DNA of 64,000 bases, taken from Candidatus Latescibacterota bacterium. Its GTDB lineage: Bacteria; Latescibacterota; UBA2968. The first letter of the stretch is position 1. Every line of letters begins with the position of its first letter. The position numbers were made by a program, and so were the translations under genes. The stretch covers positions 2,112,001 to 2,176,000 of the forward strand of contig OZ242320.1 in NCBI GenBank assembly GCA_965208125.1, given 5' to 3'. Below the pieces are notes generated by a model. That model saw nothing but the letters and a program-made list of their open reading frames with translations. It was not told the DNA's origin and ran no database searches. Of this stretch, positions 19,094-29,322 are shown piece by piece.

Positions 19094-20923
19094 ATGCGAT
19101 ACAAGTCCCTCAAACAGTGCGTTGACGATCTCGATCGCAACGGTCATCTCATCCGCATTGAACAGGAGGTGGATCCCCATCTGGAGATGGCGGAGATCCA
19201 TCGCCGCGTTTTTCAGGCAAATGGTCCAGCGATTTTCTATGCGAATGTGAAAGATAGTCCGTTTCCGGCGGTTTCCAATCTTTTTGGCACGCTCGATCGT
19301 TCGCGTTTTCTTTTTCGATCAACTCTGAGATGGGTCCAACGCCTTGTCGAGGTCAAAGCTGATCCGGTTGCGTTTCTTCGCGCTCCCTGGCGCGCATTGG
19401 AGATTGCGAGGATTGCATTTAATACGTTGCCTAAAAAGGTGCGTTCTGGCGCGGTGTTCAAAAACAGTACGACTATTGATCAGCTTCCTCAGATTCAGTG
19501 CTGGCCCGACGATGGCGGTCCATTTGTTCTTTTGCCCCAGGTTTATACTGAGGATCCCGACCGGCCGGGTATTATGAATGCGAATTTGGGTATGTATCGC
19601 ATCCAGCTTTCGGGTAATGAGTACATACAGAACGAAGAAGTTGGTCTGCACTACCAGATCCGCCGCGATATTGGGATTCACCATGCCAATGCGCTGAAAC
19701 GGGGGGAGCCTTTGCGCGTGAGTATTTTTATCGGGGGACCGCCCGCGCATACGTTTTCCGCTGTTATGCCTTTGCCCGAGGGGTTGTCCGAAATTATTTT
19801 TGCCGGAGGTCTGGCCGGGCGTCGGTTTCGCTATGCGCGCAGGAATGCACACGTTATTTCTACTGAGGCCGATTTTGTTATTACGGGTACCGTGCATCCG
19901 GGCGAAACGAAGCCCGAAGGTCCGTTTGGCGATCATCTGGGGTATTATAGCCTGGCGCATGATTTTCCCGTTCTCCAGGTGGAAGATGTTTGGCACCGGA
20001 GAGACGCTATTTATCCCTTTACTGTTGTGGGTCGCCCCCCGCAGGAAGATACGGCATTTGGTTTGCTTATCCACGAGATTACCGGTCCGATGGTTCCCGT
20101 CGAGATTCCCGGTCTCAAGTCTATTAATGCTGTGGATGCGGCGGGTGTTCATCCTTTGCTCATTGCTATTGGTTCGGAACGCTATGTGCCCTACCGCGAG
20201 CGGCAACCGCAGGAGATTCTCACGCTGGCCAATGCACTGCTCGGTTTTGGCGCGTGTTCTCTGGCAAAGTATCTTTTTATTTGTGCGGGTGAAGATAGTC
20301 CCCATCTGAATACGCACGATATCAGCTCTTATTTTATCCACGTTCTCGAGCGGGTGGATTGGCGGCGCGATCTCCACTTTCAAACGCGTACGACGATTGA
20401 TACGCTGGATTATTCGGGTATGGGATTTAATGAGGGTTCCAAGGTTGTGATCGCCGCAGCCGGTGCGAAGAGACGCGATCTGTGGCGCGAGGTTCCGGGT
20501 GATCTCAGCTTGCCTGATGGATTTAAGAATCCCGCGATTGCTCTGCCCGGTATTGTAGCTATTGAGGGTCCTGACTTTAAAGATGCAGATCAGGGGGGTA
20601 AGGATGCAGTCCGCCTTGCCGAGATGCTGGCGTCTCAGTCCCTTGATGGTTTGCCGCTTGTCCTTATTGTCGATGACAGCGCGTTTTGTTCGCGCACGCT
20701 CAACAATTTTCTCTGGGTTGCGTTTACACGGTCCAATCCCTCGCATGATGTTTACGGTGTTGATAGTTTTATTGATCACAAACACTGGGGCTGTAACGGG
20801 CCGCTGATTGTTGATGCGCGCCACAAGCCCCACCACGCGCCCCCGCTTATTGAGGATCTCGGGATTACAAAAAAGGTAGAGGCTCTCGGGGCGTCGGGCG
20901 GGCCGTTGCATGGTATTATTTAA
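19094..20923 (+). CDS. UbiD family decarboxylase
   Basis: NLGMYR, PEGPFGDHLGYY, VVGRPPQED. Confidence 0.92.
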   Translation: MRYKSLKQCVDDLDRNGHLIRIEQEVDPHLEMAEIHRRVFQANGPAIFYANVKDSPFPAVSNLFGTLDRSRFLFRSTLRWVQRLVEVKADPVAFLRAPWRALEIARIAFNTLPKKVRSGAVFKNSTTIDQLPQIQCWPDDGGPFVLLPQVYTEDPDRPGIMNANLGMYRIQLSGNEYIQNEEVGLHYQIRRDIGIHHANALKRGEPLRVSIFIGGPPAHTFSAVMPLPEGLSEIIFAGGLAGRRFRYARRNAHVISTEADFVITGTVHPGETKPEGPFGDHLGYYSLAHDFPVLQVEDVWHRRDAIYPFTVVGRPPQEDTAFGLLIHEITGPMVPVEIPGLKSINAVDAAGVHPLLIAIGSERYVPYRERQPQEILTLANALLGFGACSLAKYLFICAGEDSPHLNTHDISSYFIHVLERVDWRRDLHFQTRTTIDTLDYSGMGFNEGSKVVIAAAGAKRRDLWREVPGDLSLPDGFKNPAIALPGIVAIEGPDFKDADQGGKDAVRLAEMLASQSLDGLPLVLIVDDSAFCSRTLNNFLWVAFTRSNPSHDVYGVDSFIDHKHWGCNGPLIVDARHKPHHAPPLIEDLGITKKVEALGASGGPLHGII

Positions 20924-20947
20924 CTAACTACCTGGAGGACAGTTCTC

Positions 20948-21805
20948 ATGATCTACCGGTATTTCTTGATCGTTCTTGCGGTCTGTCTCTCCATTTACGA
21001 CGAATGCGACGCAGGCGCTCATAAGAAGGGTGAGGGTATAACGATTCCGGATATCTACCTGCGTGCGGTGATTGAGGATTCTTTGAATAAGGAGAAGGGT
21101 GAGGCGATTACTGCGGCTGAGATGGCGACGTTGACGCGCCTTGAAGCACCGAATTCAAGGATTCGCGATTTGACGGGGATTGAGTACGCGACCGAGCTGA
21201 CGGTGCTGAATCTCGGTGCTGTATTTATAAATGGCAATCATATCAATAGCAATGATATTACGGATATTTCTCCGTTGTCGGGTTTAACCAGGCTGACTGA
21301 GTTGTATCTTCATCGCAATATGATATGGGATATTTCTCCGCTGGCGAATTTAACGGCGCTGGAAAAACTGGATGTTAGTGCGAATTTCCATATTTCGGAT
21401 ATTTCTCATCTGTCGGGTTTGACTAAACTGAGGACGCTGTATCTCTATACCAATGAGATTTCAGATCTCTCGCCGCTGTCGGGTTTGACCAATTTGAGGT
21501 GGCTGAGTTTGAGTAATAATCTGATATGGGATATTTCTGCCCTGTCGGGTTTGACCGAGTTGAAGGGGTTGGCTCTGAATATTAATGCCGTGTCGGATAT
21601 TTCTCATCTGTCGGGTATGATCCATATGGAGAGGCTGAATATTTGGGATTGCGATATTACGGATTTATCGCCTCTGGTGGAGAATGCGGGATTGCGTGGG
21701 GAAAAGGATTTTATCGATTTGAGGGATAATCCCCTGAGCGATGTTTCGATTGATACGCATATTCCGACGCTTCGGGAGAGAGGGGTCAGGGTGAGGGATA
21801 ATTGA
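20948..21805 (+). CDS. Secreted internalin-like leucine-rich repeat protein, copy 1
   Basis: Signal peptide; 22-aa ISDLSPLSGLTNLxxLxLxxN repeats. Confidence 0.92.
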   Translation: MIYRYFLIVLAVCLSIYDECDAGAHKKGEGITIPDIYLRAVIEDSLNKEKGEAITAAEMATLTRLEAPNSRIRDLTGIEYATELTVLNLGAVFINGNHINSNDITDISPLSGLTRLTELYLHRNMIWDISPLANLTALEKLDVSANFHISDISHLSGLTKLRTLYLYTNEISDLSPLSGLTNLRWLSLSNNLIWDISALSGLTELKGLALNINAVSDISHLSGMIHMERLNIWDCDITDLSPLVENAGLRGEKDFIDLRDNPLSDVSIDTHIPTLRERGVRVRDN

Positions 21806-21960
21806 TGCGGATGGTATGATCCGCCTACTGTGAGAGTCGGGAAAAGGATTTCCCTCCCACGATCCGCCTACTGTAGGAGCGGCATCCCTGCCGCGATCTC
21901 ATGCATTCGAATCTTGAAAGATGAGTTCCATGCCGTCCATTTTTTTGGAGGACTGTTTCC

Positions 21961-22821
21961 ATGATCTATCGATATCTCTTGATCATCCTCGGTGTCTGTC
22001 TTGCCATTTATAGCGAATGCGACGCAGGTGCTCATAAGAAGGGTGAGGGAATAACGATTCCGGATACCTACCTGCGCGCGGTGATTGAGGATTCTCTGAA
22101 TAAGGCGAGGGGAGAGGCGATTACTGCGGCTGAGATGGCGACGTTGACGCGCCTTGAAGCCCCGAATTCAAGGGTTCGCGATTTGACGGGGATTGAGTAC
22201 GCGACCGAGCTGACGGTGCTGAATCTCGGCTATGTATTGACGAATGGCGGTCGCGTCAATAGCAATAGTATTTCGGATCTTTCTCCGCTGTCGGGTTTGA
22301 CTAAGCTGACAGAGTTGAATCTTTTTCGCAATACAATAGCTGATATATCGCCGCTGTCGAATTTGACAGAGCTGAAAGTGCTGGATATTAGTGGGAATTC
22401 CTATATTTCAGATCTTTCTCCTCTGTCGGGTTTGATCAAGATGAGAACGCTGCATCTCTATACCAATGATGTTTCGGATCTCTCGCCGTTGTCGGGTATG
22501 ATCGATTTGAGGTGGCTGGATGTGAGTAATAATCTGATCTGGGATATTTCTCCGCTATCGACTTTGACCGAGTTGAGAGGATTGGCTCTGAATAACAATG
22601 CGATCTCGGATCTTTCTCCGCTGTCGGGTTTGACCAGGCTGCAAAGGGTGCATGGTTGGGATTGCGATGTTTCGGATTTATCTCCTCTGGTGGAGAGTGC
22701 TGGATTGAGGGGCGAAAACAGTTTGATTGATTTGAGGGATAATCCCTTGAGCGATGTTTCGATTAGTACGCATATTCCGGTGCTTCGGGAGAGAGGGGTC
22801 AGGGTGAGAGTGGATAACTGA
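21961..22821 (+). CDS. Secreted internalin-like leucine-rich repeat protein, copy 2
   Basis: Paralog of 20948-21805. Confidence 0.92.
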   Translation: MIYRYLLIILGVCLAIYSECDAGAHKKGEGITIPDTYLRAVIEDSLNKARGEAITAAEMATLTRLEAPNSRVRDLTGIEYATELTVLNLGYVLTNGGRVNSNSISDLSPLSGLTKLTELNLFRNTIADISPLSNLTELKVLDISGNSYISDLSPLSGLIKMRTLHLYTNDVSDLSPLSGMIDLRWLDVSNNLIWDISPLSTLTELRGLALNNNAISDLSPLSGLTRLQRVHGWDCDVSDLSPLVESAGLRGENSLIDLRDNPLSDVSISTHIPVLRERGVRVRVDN

Positions 22822-22914
22822 TGCGGATGGTATGATCCGCCTACTGTGAGAGTCGGGAAAAGGATTTCCCTCCTGCGATCCGCCTACTGTAGGAGCGGCA
22901 TCCCTGCCGCGATC

Positions 22915-23916
22915 TCATGCATTCGAATCTTGAAAGACGAGTTCCATGCCGTCTGTGACTGTGACTGTGATTTGCAATTTTCTCGGTTCTATCAGGTGTG
23001 TGAGGTGGGATTTTCCGTTGATCCACACGTTGGGAGAGCGACACCAGGGGGCGGGTACGTCGGCGTGGAGGGTGAGTGTGCGGCAGGTGACGCGGTCGCT
23101 CAGGTTGTTGAGGTGGAGGCGGTAGCGCTTTTGGGTTTGTGTGTCGGACAGTGTTTCGATTTGTGTGTGGCGTCTGGTCTGGTGGTAGAAGAGTACTTCT
23201 TCGGGTACGGCGCACCAGACGTTGTCTCCGCCTTCTGTGAGGATGGTTTCAAATCTTTTTCTGAGTTGTGGATGCGAGCAGTCTTTGTTGGGGTGGATGG
23301 GTTTTTCCAATGGGCAATGGCAGTAGTCGATGATCCAGCCGTTTTGCGCTTGTGCATGGCGGATGTTGCGGAATGGGTCGTATTCGCTGAAGAATGGGGC
23401 GTAATACTGTTCGTGCAATGCCGTGCGATTGATCCAGAAGAGCGGGGTGTTCGGGCGGTTGAGGGCATCGGTCAGGCTCATTGCGCCGAGGTAGCCATAT
23501 TTGCGGCAGGCTTTGAGGACATGGTCCGACATGTTGGCGTTGTTGCCGGGCGCGCAGTAGAGATCGACGGGTGCGTCAATGGCGGCTTCGAGTACGTCTT
23601 TGGCGCGGCCGATTTCCAGGTCAACCATGTCGGGTTGTATGAGTTCATGGCTCCAGGAGTGATTGCCAATTCCCCAGCCCCGGTTGAGGATGTCTTTGAG
23701 TTCGTCGGCGTTCATGTGGCGATAACCATTGTAGCTGGAGTTGCCGAGATTGCGCGTTTCGCCCAGTTGCCCGACGACGACTTCTACATGTCCCGGGATG
23801 CCGTATTCTTCGTGGATGGGGATTGCGAATTGGTGAAGATCAACGAGGGCTTCGTCATAGGTGATGGAATAGACCCAGGTTTTGTTGTATTTCCAGGGGC
23901 ATATTGTGAGGGCCAT
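22915..23916 (-). CDS. Polysaccharide deacetylase (NodB-like) domain protein
   Basis: SITYDE, IGNHSWSH, CAPGN, YCH; GGAG RBS before ATG 23916. Confidence 0.8.
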   Translation of the reverse strand: MALTICPWKYNKTWVYSITYDEALVDLHQFAIPIHEEYGIPGHVEVVVGQLGETRNLGNSSYNGYRHMNADELKDILNRGWGIGNHSWSHELIQPDMVDLEIGRAKDVLEAAIDAPVDLYCAPGNNANMSDHVLKACRKYGYLGAMSLTDALNRPNTPLFWINRTALHEQYYAPFFSEYDPFRNIRHAQAQNGWIIDYCHCPLEKPIHPNKDCSHPQLRKRFETILTEGGDNVWCAVPEEVLFYHQTRRHTQIETLSDTQTQKRYRLHLNNLSDRVTCRTLTLHADVPAPWCRSPNVWINGKSHLTHLIEPRKLQITVTVTDGMELVFQDSNA

Positions 23917-23930
23917 GTTTTTCTCCAGTG

Positions 23931-24689
23931 TCAGGCTGAAAATGCCTGAGTGAAATCTCGAAATGTGGTGCTGTATCCCAGTTGCCACTCGAAGATGTGC
24001 GTGCCGTAACGTGTAGCCAATTTTTCGGGATAGGTGCTGGGGGTTTCCACGCCGACAGTTCCGTCGCGCATGAGGATGCATTGATAGCCGCGGGCGAGCA
24101 TGTCTCTGGCTCCGCCTTCGGCACCGAGGATGCACATGTCGGTTGCAAATCCCGTGTAGATGAGGGTTGTGATGTCGCGCGTTTTGAGGTAGGTGTCGAG
24201 TGCGTCGGTGTAAAAGACGAGGGGTTCGTCTTGTATCGGAGAGACGATGGCTGCCCGTTTCATATTTGCGAGCGGGGATTTTGTGAGGTAGTTCGGGCCG
24301 TGCGCGCGGTTTCGCATGGTTTGTGCGCGGTTTTCTGGTTCTGGCTGTGATGTTTCTTTGCGTCGGGATGGGATGTGGGGATACTGATCCGCCATCCAAT
24401 CGGTTTCGACATGGCAGACGGGCATTCCGATTTTGCGGGCGAGGTCCATGGCGGGGCGTATGACTTCGACCATGATGCGCGCGGCTTCGGCAGTTGCTTG
24501 CGGCCAGCCCATGCCCACGCAGTAGTTGGGGTCGATTGCCGGACCATCTGGACAGCCGATGTTCCAGCAGTGCAGGCCTATGAGGGCGGTGTTTTTAACG
24601 GGTAATTCGAGGCTGATAGATTCGTAGCCAGGGGTGTCGATGGGCCGTGCGCGATAATACCGGGCGTTTAAGGAACAGGTGTGTGACAT
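23931..24689 (-). CDS. Isochorismatase/cysteine hydrolase family protein
   Basis: TLIYTGFATDMCI, RGYQCILMRDGT. Confidence 0.8.
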   Translation of the reverse strand: MSHTCSLNARYYRARPIDTPGYESISLELPVKNTALIGLHCWNIGCPDGPAIDPNYCVGMGWPQATAEAARIMVEVIRPAMDLARKIGMPVCHVETDWMADQYPHIPSRRKETSQPEPENRAQTMRNRAHGPNYLTKSPLANMKRAAIVSPIQDEPLVFYTDALDTYLKTRDITTLIYTGFATDMCILGAEGGARDMLARGYQCILMRDGTVGVETPSTYPEKLATRYGTHIFEWQLGYSTTFRDFTQAFSA

Positions 24690-24695
24690 GGTGCG

Positions 24696-25940
24696 TTAGA
24701 CTCGATTCTGGTCGGCGACGGTGGCGACTATTTGGGCGACGAGGTCGCAATGTTCGGGTTGGTATTTTTCGCAGAAGGTGGTCCAGCGGATGAAATTGTC
24801 GAGAAAGTCCCGGGCATTGGGACAGGTGTTTGCGCCATAAGTGTAGGTGTGGGATGCCGGGGGCTTGGAGAAGGGATAGAGGTGTTTTTCTGCTTTGTCT
24901 GTTAAAAAGGGCAGTGCGGCGGGCATGAGGTAGTATTTGCCGAGTCCCGCTCCGGTGAGTCCCGCGTCGGCGACTTGCTGTGCAAAGGATTCGGTGTCGC
25001 ATGTAAAAGCATTGGGATCGATGCTGAATCCGGCCATCCAGCAGGAATAGGTTTCCATGTAATCCGGTATGGATAGTGGGATGATGCCGGGGATTTCGGC
25101 GAGTTTGTCGGTGATGAGGCGAATCATGCGGTCGATATGTGCAACGGCTGGCCGGATGATTTCGAGTTGTGCGAGGGTGATGGCGGCGGTCGATTGGGTT
25201 ATGCGAAGCGCGTATCCATTTACGGCGTGTACGCGTCCCAGTCCCTCAACCATTTGCCCGCCTCTGCTTTGACCGACGAACCGAATTTGTTCGGCGAGTT
25301 CATCGTCGTCTGTAATGACACAGCCGCCGACGTCAGAGCCGAGTGTTTTTTCGGAGTCGAATGAGAAGGCGGCGACATCGCCGAGGGTGCCTGCAAGGCG
25401 GTCTTTGTACGTGCCAAATACGGCCTGACATACGTCTTCAATGACGGTCAGGCCGTGTTTTTTTGCCAGAGCGTAGATGGGGTCCATGTCGCAGATGAGG
25501 CCGGTTATGTGGACGGCGAGTATGGCTCGCGTGCGGTTGGTGATACAGGGTGCTATGGTGCGGGCGCTGATGAGCGGTGTGCCGGGTTCGGCGTCGGGGA
25601 AGACGGGGATGTAGTTTTCTTTTAGCAGGCCCATGACCGTGCCGTAGTCGGTGATGGGCGATACGATGATTTCATCGCCGGGTTCGAGATCGAGCGCGGC
25701 TGCGAGGATGTTGAGTGCTGCGGTGCATCCGGGCGTGCCGATGCAGTGTTTGATGCCCATTTCGCTTTCGAAAGCGGCTTCAAATCGCCGAACCATGTCG
25801 CATTGCAGGCCCGAGGAGACGACTTCCTGGAGGTATGTCTGGCAGTTTGGACCCATGGTGCGCGGAAAGGGTTGGGGCAAGCTGCCCACAAGTCCATCAA
25901 ATGCTTCGGCACCGTATTTTGCGCGTTCTTGAATAGACAT
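24696..25940 (-). CDS. DegT/DnrJ/EryC1/StrS PLP aminotransferase
   Basis: VIEDVCQA, FSFDSEKTLG..GG. Confidence 0.9.
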   Translation of the reverse strand: MSIQERAKYGAEAFDGLVGSLPQPFPRTMGPNCQTYLQEVVSSGLQCDMVRRFEAAFESEMGIKHCIGTPGCTAALNILAAALDLEPGDEIIVSPITDYGTVMGLLKENYIPVFPDAEPGTPLISARTIAPCITNRTRAILAVHITGLICDMDPIYALAKKHGLTVIEDVCQAVFGTYKDRLAGTLGDVAAFSFDSEKTLGSDVGGCVITDDDELAEQIRFVGQSRGGQMVEGLGRVHAVNGYALRITQSTAAITLAQLEIIRPAVAHIDRMIRLITDKLAEIPGIIPLSIPDYMETYSCWMAGFSIDPNAFTCDTESFAQQVADAGLTGAGLGKYYLMPAALPFLTDKAEKHLYPFSKPPASHTYTYGANTCPNARDFLDNFIRWTTFCEKYQPEHCDLVAQIVATVADQNRV

Positions 25941-25941
25941 G

Positions 25942-27927
25942 TTACCACCTGTGTACGTAATGCCCTTGCCCGGAAAACCACAGGGCATCGACAGCGAAAG
26001 ACAGCGCGACCCCCAGGCCATAGCCGGTGAGCAAACCGATGAAGAAGGGCTGAAAACGGCGGTAAGCAGAAACACCGCCGAAGTGCAGTACGAATAATTT
26101 GAATGCCCAAATAATAAAAATTGAAACCTGATTGCTGCGGGCGACATTGGTGCTGCAAACCGTCAGACCAATGGGATGCAAAGGCCACCAGAAGAAGCGG
26201 TATTGCAAGAATGTGAGCAGTCCCATCAGCACTGCGCCGCCGCCAAAAAATCCCATTCTTTGCCAGTCGGGACCAAAGGGATTGACAATTTTGCTGAGGA
26301 TGACCGGATAGATTCGGTTGGTTCCCGATTTGAGGGGTATGTCGTTGAAATTGAAGGCCCCTCTTTCATAACTCAGGGGAATAACATAGAAAATAAATGT
26401 TAGACAGCCGACGAGCAATCCCAAAAATACTGCGCTGAGGAGTTTGCGATGGTCGGTTTTGATCCATTCAGACAATTTGGCAATGTGGATCAATGCGGGC
26501 ATAAACAGACCGCGAATATAGTTGGTGAGCGCATAGGAAAGGGCGAGCGATGTCATCGTGGGCGTTGAAAGGGCGTGTGCGCCCAGAGAGTAAATGGTGA
26601 AAACTTGTGCGCTGATCGGGGCCTGCACAAAGAGGATGCCGGTTTGAGCGACGACACGCGCTACGCCTATGTAAATGACAAAGGTAGCCGCAGTGTAAAA
26701 GGCGATGGCTGAAAAGGCCATGCCGGATTGGTATAACCAGATAATAATAAAAAGCGTTCCGAAAAACAGGCCCAAAATAGCGTTCCGATAAGACATGAGT
26801 TCCCCGCTGTCGTCTATGGGGTATTGCGGATTTACGGCTTTGAGGAAGACGGCTTTGAGGTGGTGGCGAGAGATGTACAATCCCCAAAAAACGAAAAAAC
26901 ACAGCGCGCCAAAACACAACCAGCCCGCGCCGGAAAAGTGAAGCGCGCCATAGGGATCGCCACGGCCGGGCATATCAAATCCGATGCGATTTAAGAGGCC
27001 ACCTGGAATCTGATAAAAAAGAAGATGGAAGAACCACATGCTGAATAGCACATCGAGGTTGGCAAAATAGGCAAAGCCCATGATATAGATATTGAATCGG
27101 GGGAAGATGGGAGGATAGCCTTTGGCAAAATAGAAAAAGGGAAGTGTCAGCTTAATATCGGGTACAAGAGGAAAGAAGAAATGGAAGATATTATAGGAGA
27201 GGATGCCGGATGACAGTGCAAATCCCGCCCAGTACAGGCCCCTGTATTGAAGGGATTTATCGCGTGCGGGTTCTGTGGAAACGACATGCAGTGCGGGGCT
27301 TAACAGGGGAAATGTCAGGCGTTCATTTTCTGACCACTGACGGCGCAAGATGACTGCAACGCAGGCCGAGACAAAGACAATGGCAATGATAAACACGAGC
27401 CACCAGAAAAGAGGGGCAATCCATATAGACCAGGGGATTGGCGTGCCGGGCAGTGCGCCTTCGTAAAAATCGCGCATTGCGCCGCCGGTATTGGGCGGCA
27501 CCAAATAGGTGGGGAGGTGGGCGTGGAAGAATTCGGCCCAGCGGTTTTCTGGCGTGGCAAAGTAATACGGTGTGGCAATGGTTCCCAGGAGAAAACCGAG
27601 CACGCCTGAGCCGGGTACCACGCCGCCTGCAAGCCCCATTGCGATAATGACCAGTTGTTCAGAGGGGGTTAAAAGGAAGGCGGAGTTCAAAGTTGACAGC
27701 AGGGGGTTGAGCAGGTAGCGGATGAGGAGAAAGAGGATGAATACAGCGACTGGAAAATGGCTGAGGTTCATGCGCGAAGCCCGCACGATATATTCTGAAT
27801 AGGGTATCCAGAGGTTGATCAGAACAACGAGCGCGAGACCCAATACAACGGCGCGAAGACTTACGCCACTTGTCAGGTACTCGGACAGGGGTTCTGACCT
27901 GTATTGTGGGGCTGGCGTTTTTGCCAT
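25942..27927 (-). CDS. Polytopic membrane protein, DUF6785/DUF6784-like putative transporter
   Basis: RRQWSENERLTFPL, WWPLHPIG, PFFIGL; many TM helices. Confidence 0.8.
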   Translation of the reverse strand: MAKTPAPQYRSEPLSEYLTSGVSLRAVVLGLALVVLINLWIPYSEYIVRASRMNLSHFPVAVFILFLLIRYLLNPLLSTLNSAFLLTPSEQLVIIAMGLAGGVVPGSGVLGFLLGTIATPYYFATPENRWAEFFHAHLPTYLVPPNTGGAMRDFYEGALPGTPIPWSIWIAPLFWWLVFIIAIVFVSACVAVILRRQWSENERLTFPLLSPALHVVSTEPARDKSLQYRGLYWAGFALSSGILSYNIFHFFFPLVPDIKLTLPFFYFAKGYPPIFPRFNIYIMGFAYFANLDVLFSMWFFHLLFYQIPGGLLNRIGFDMPGRGDPYGALHFSGAGWLCFGALCFFVFWGLYISRHHLKAVFLKAVNPQYPIDDSGELMSYRNAILGLFFGTLFIIIWLYQSGMAFSAIAFYTAATFVIYIGVARVVAQTGILFVQAPISAQVFTIYSLGAHALSTPTMTSLALSYALTNYIRGLFMPALIHIAKLSEWIKTDHRKLLSAVFLGLLVGCLTFIFYVIPLSYERGAFNFNDIPLKSGTNRIYPVILSKIVNPFGPDWQRMGFFGGGAVLMGLLTFLQYRFFWWPLHPIGLTVCSTNVARSNQVSIFIIWAFKLFVLHFGGVSAYRRFQPFFIGLLTGYGLGVALSFAVDALWFSGQGHYVHRW

Positions 27928-27943
27928 AGGTCTGGTGGCTTGC

Positions 27944-29314
27944 TTATGGCGGAGAAAATGCCTCAGCTGGCAGCGATGTCGGGTCGGTCTGATCGCCGAT
28001 AGCTTGTTGGTCTCGCCAGTTGGGATTGTAGCGTTCTCCTGGCATGGTGGAGTGGATCATTTCATAAACACCGTCTCCAAGGCGATCCAGAAATACAAAC
28101 TCGTAGTAGTTGAGATGTTCGTAGGTCCAAATTTCAAAGGCTTTGCCCGTGGCACTGAATGGGTTGCGCTCGATGTCTGTCGGCAAGCCGTATTTGATGT
28201 GGATGCGCCCTTGATCGGTATCCGATCCTTTTTGTCCGGGACGCGCAGAGAAGTGTTCGTCTGCATAGCGAATGCGCCTGAAATGTTCTGTGGCAAATTC
28301 GTTTTCGGGTGTGAGAGGCGTTGGGTCGCGTTTTTTCCAGAAAGAAAGAATAAATTCTACTTTCTCGGCGGCGCTTAAGGAGGCATAAGTTTCGCGTTCG
28401 GTTTTTGTAGCGATATAGCGAATTTGTTTGTAATAGCGTTTTAAGGAGGCGGGATCTGTTGCCAGTGCGGGTTTTTGTACAGAAAAGGCCCGTTGGCGCG
28501 TGGTCATTTTGCCCGTGCCGTTATCGCGGGCAGTGATTTTTAGGACATACTGCCCTGGCATTATGTCCTCAATGTTGAGGGATTCAGTTTTGATAGCGGT
28601 TGTGCCGGGTTTGCGGTAGCGCGCCGAGGGAAAGTTTTTGATCCGCTGTCCCGCGGTATCCAGGAGGGCATAGGCGAGGTCGAAAGTTGCAGCGCGTCCC
28701 TCGCCTGTGGCAAGACCGTAGAGTTCAAAGTAGATGTTTAAGGTCGTCGCGATTGACCTGCGCGCATTGGGAACGATTTTGAATCCGTTCTTGACCAGAT
28801 TTCTGGCGGTCTGTGTGTTTGTGGCGTCAATCCGATGGGCAAACTGGATGTCGCTCATGGTCGGGGTGGCGTTGTCAAAATCGGGCATTGTAAAGGCGAG
28901 TTCACAGGTGCTTTCGGCATTGGCCTGTAAATCTTTCAGGCGAACGCGAACCCCATAGGTGCCGGGAGCAATTCTGAAGCTCAGTGCCTCTGTAATCATT
29001 TGATCGCGCAGGTCTGTTCCCGAGTCTGTGACGATCTGTTTTTCCCATTTGAAGGGCATACTATCGCGCCTGGAAAAAAAGGTGGCTTCTACGCGATAGG
29101 CAGCCCGCTGGCGGTCGTTCAATTCACTGAAGGTGAGGTGCCGACACGGGCATTGGAGATACAGTTCGCCGTAGTTCAGGCTGTCTGGCGTATCAAAACC
29201 CGCTCTGTCGATCCAAAATGGAATGGCACCTCGCGCCATGACGGGAATATCTTCTCCCGAAATTGGCGCGAGGAGAGCCTGTGCGAGACACAGCGACAAT
29301 AGGATATGTTTCAT
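27944..29314 (-). CDS. GWxTD domain-containing exported protein (variant motif)
   Basis: FWKKRDPTPLTPENEF..EHFRRIRYA, GSDTDQGRIHIKYG, EIWTY. Confidence 0.85.
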   Translation of the reverse strand: MKHILLSLCLAQALLAPISGEDIPVMARGAIPFWIDRAGFDTPDSLNYGELYLQCPCRHLTFSELNDRQRAAYRVEATFFSRRDSMPFKWEKQIVTDSGTDLRDQMITEALSFRIAPGTYGVRVRLKDLQANAESTCELAFTMPDFDNATPTMSDIQFAHRIDATNTQTARNLVKNGFKIVPNARRSIATTLNIYFELYGLATGEGRAATFDLAYALLDTAGQRIKNFPSARYRKPGTTAIKTESLNIEDIMPGQYVLKITARDNGTGKMTTRQRAFSVQKPALATDPASLKRYYKQIRYIATKTERETYASLSAAEKVEFILSFWKKRDPTPLTPENEFATEHFRRIRYADEHFSARPGQKGSDTDQGRIHIKYGLPTDIERNPFSATGKAFEIWTYEHLNYYEFVFLDRLGDGVYEMIHSTMPGERYNPNWRDQQAIGDQTDPTSLPAEAFSPP

Positions 29315-29322
29315 ATCGCAAC

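Larger units (their letters stand above)
20933..22953 (+). repeat. ~1-kb tandem duplication (20933-21937 and 21946-22953) including GTAG REPs at 21873 and 22888
   Basis: Shared RBS, paralogous gene and near-identical ~130-bp downstream segment. Confidence 0.9.

Noticed and set aside
20948-22821. Diversity-generating retroelement TR/VR pair
   Set aside because: Differences are not adenine-specific, the whole gene is duplicated, and no reverse transcriptase is present
22955-22970. GTGACT hexamer repeat
   Set aside because: It encodes a TVTVT strand in the deacetylase gene
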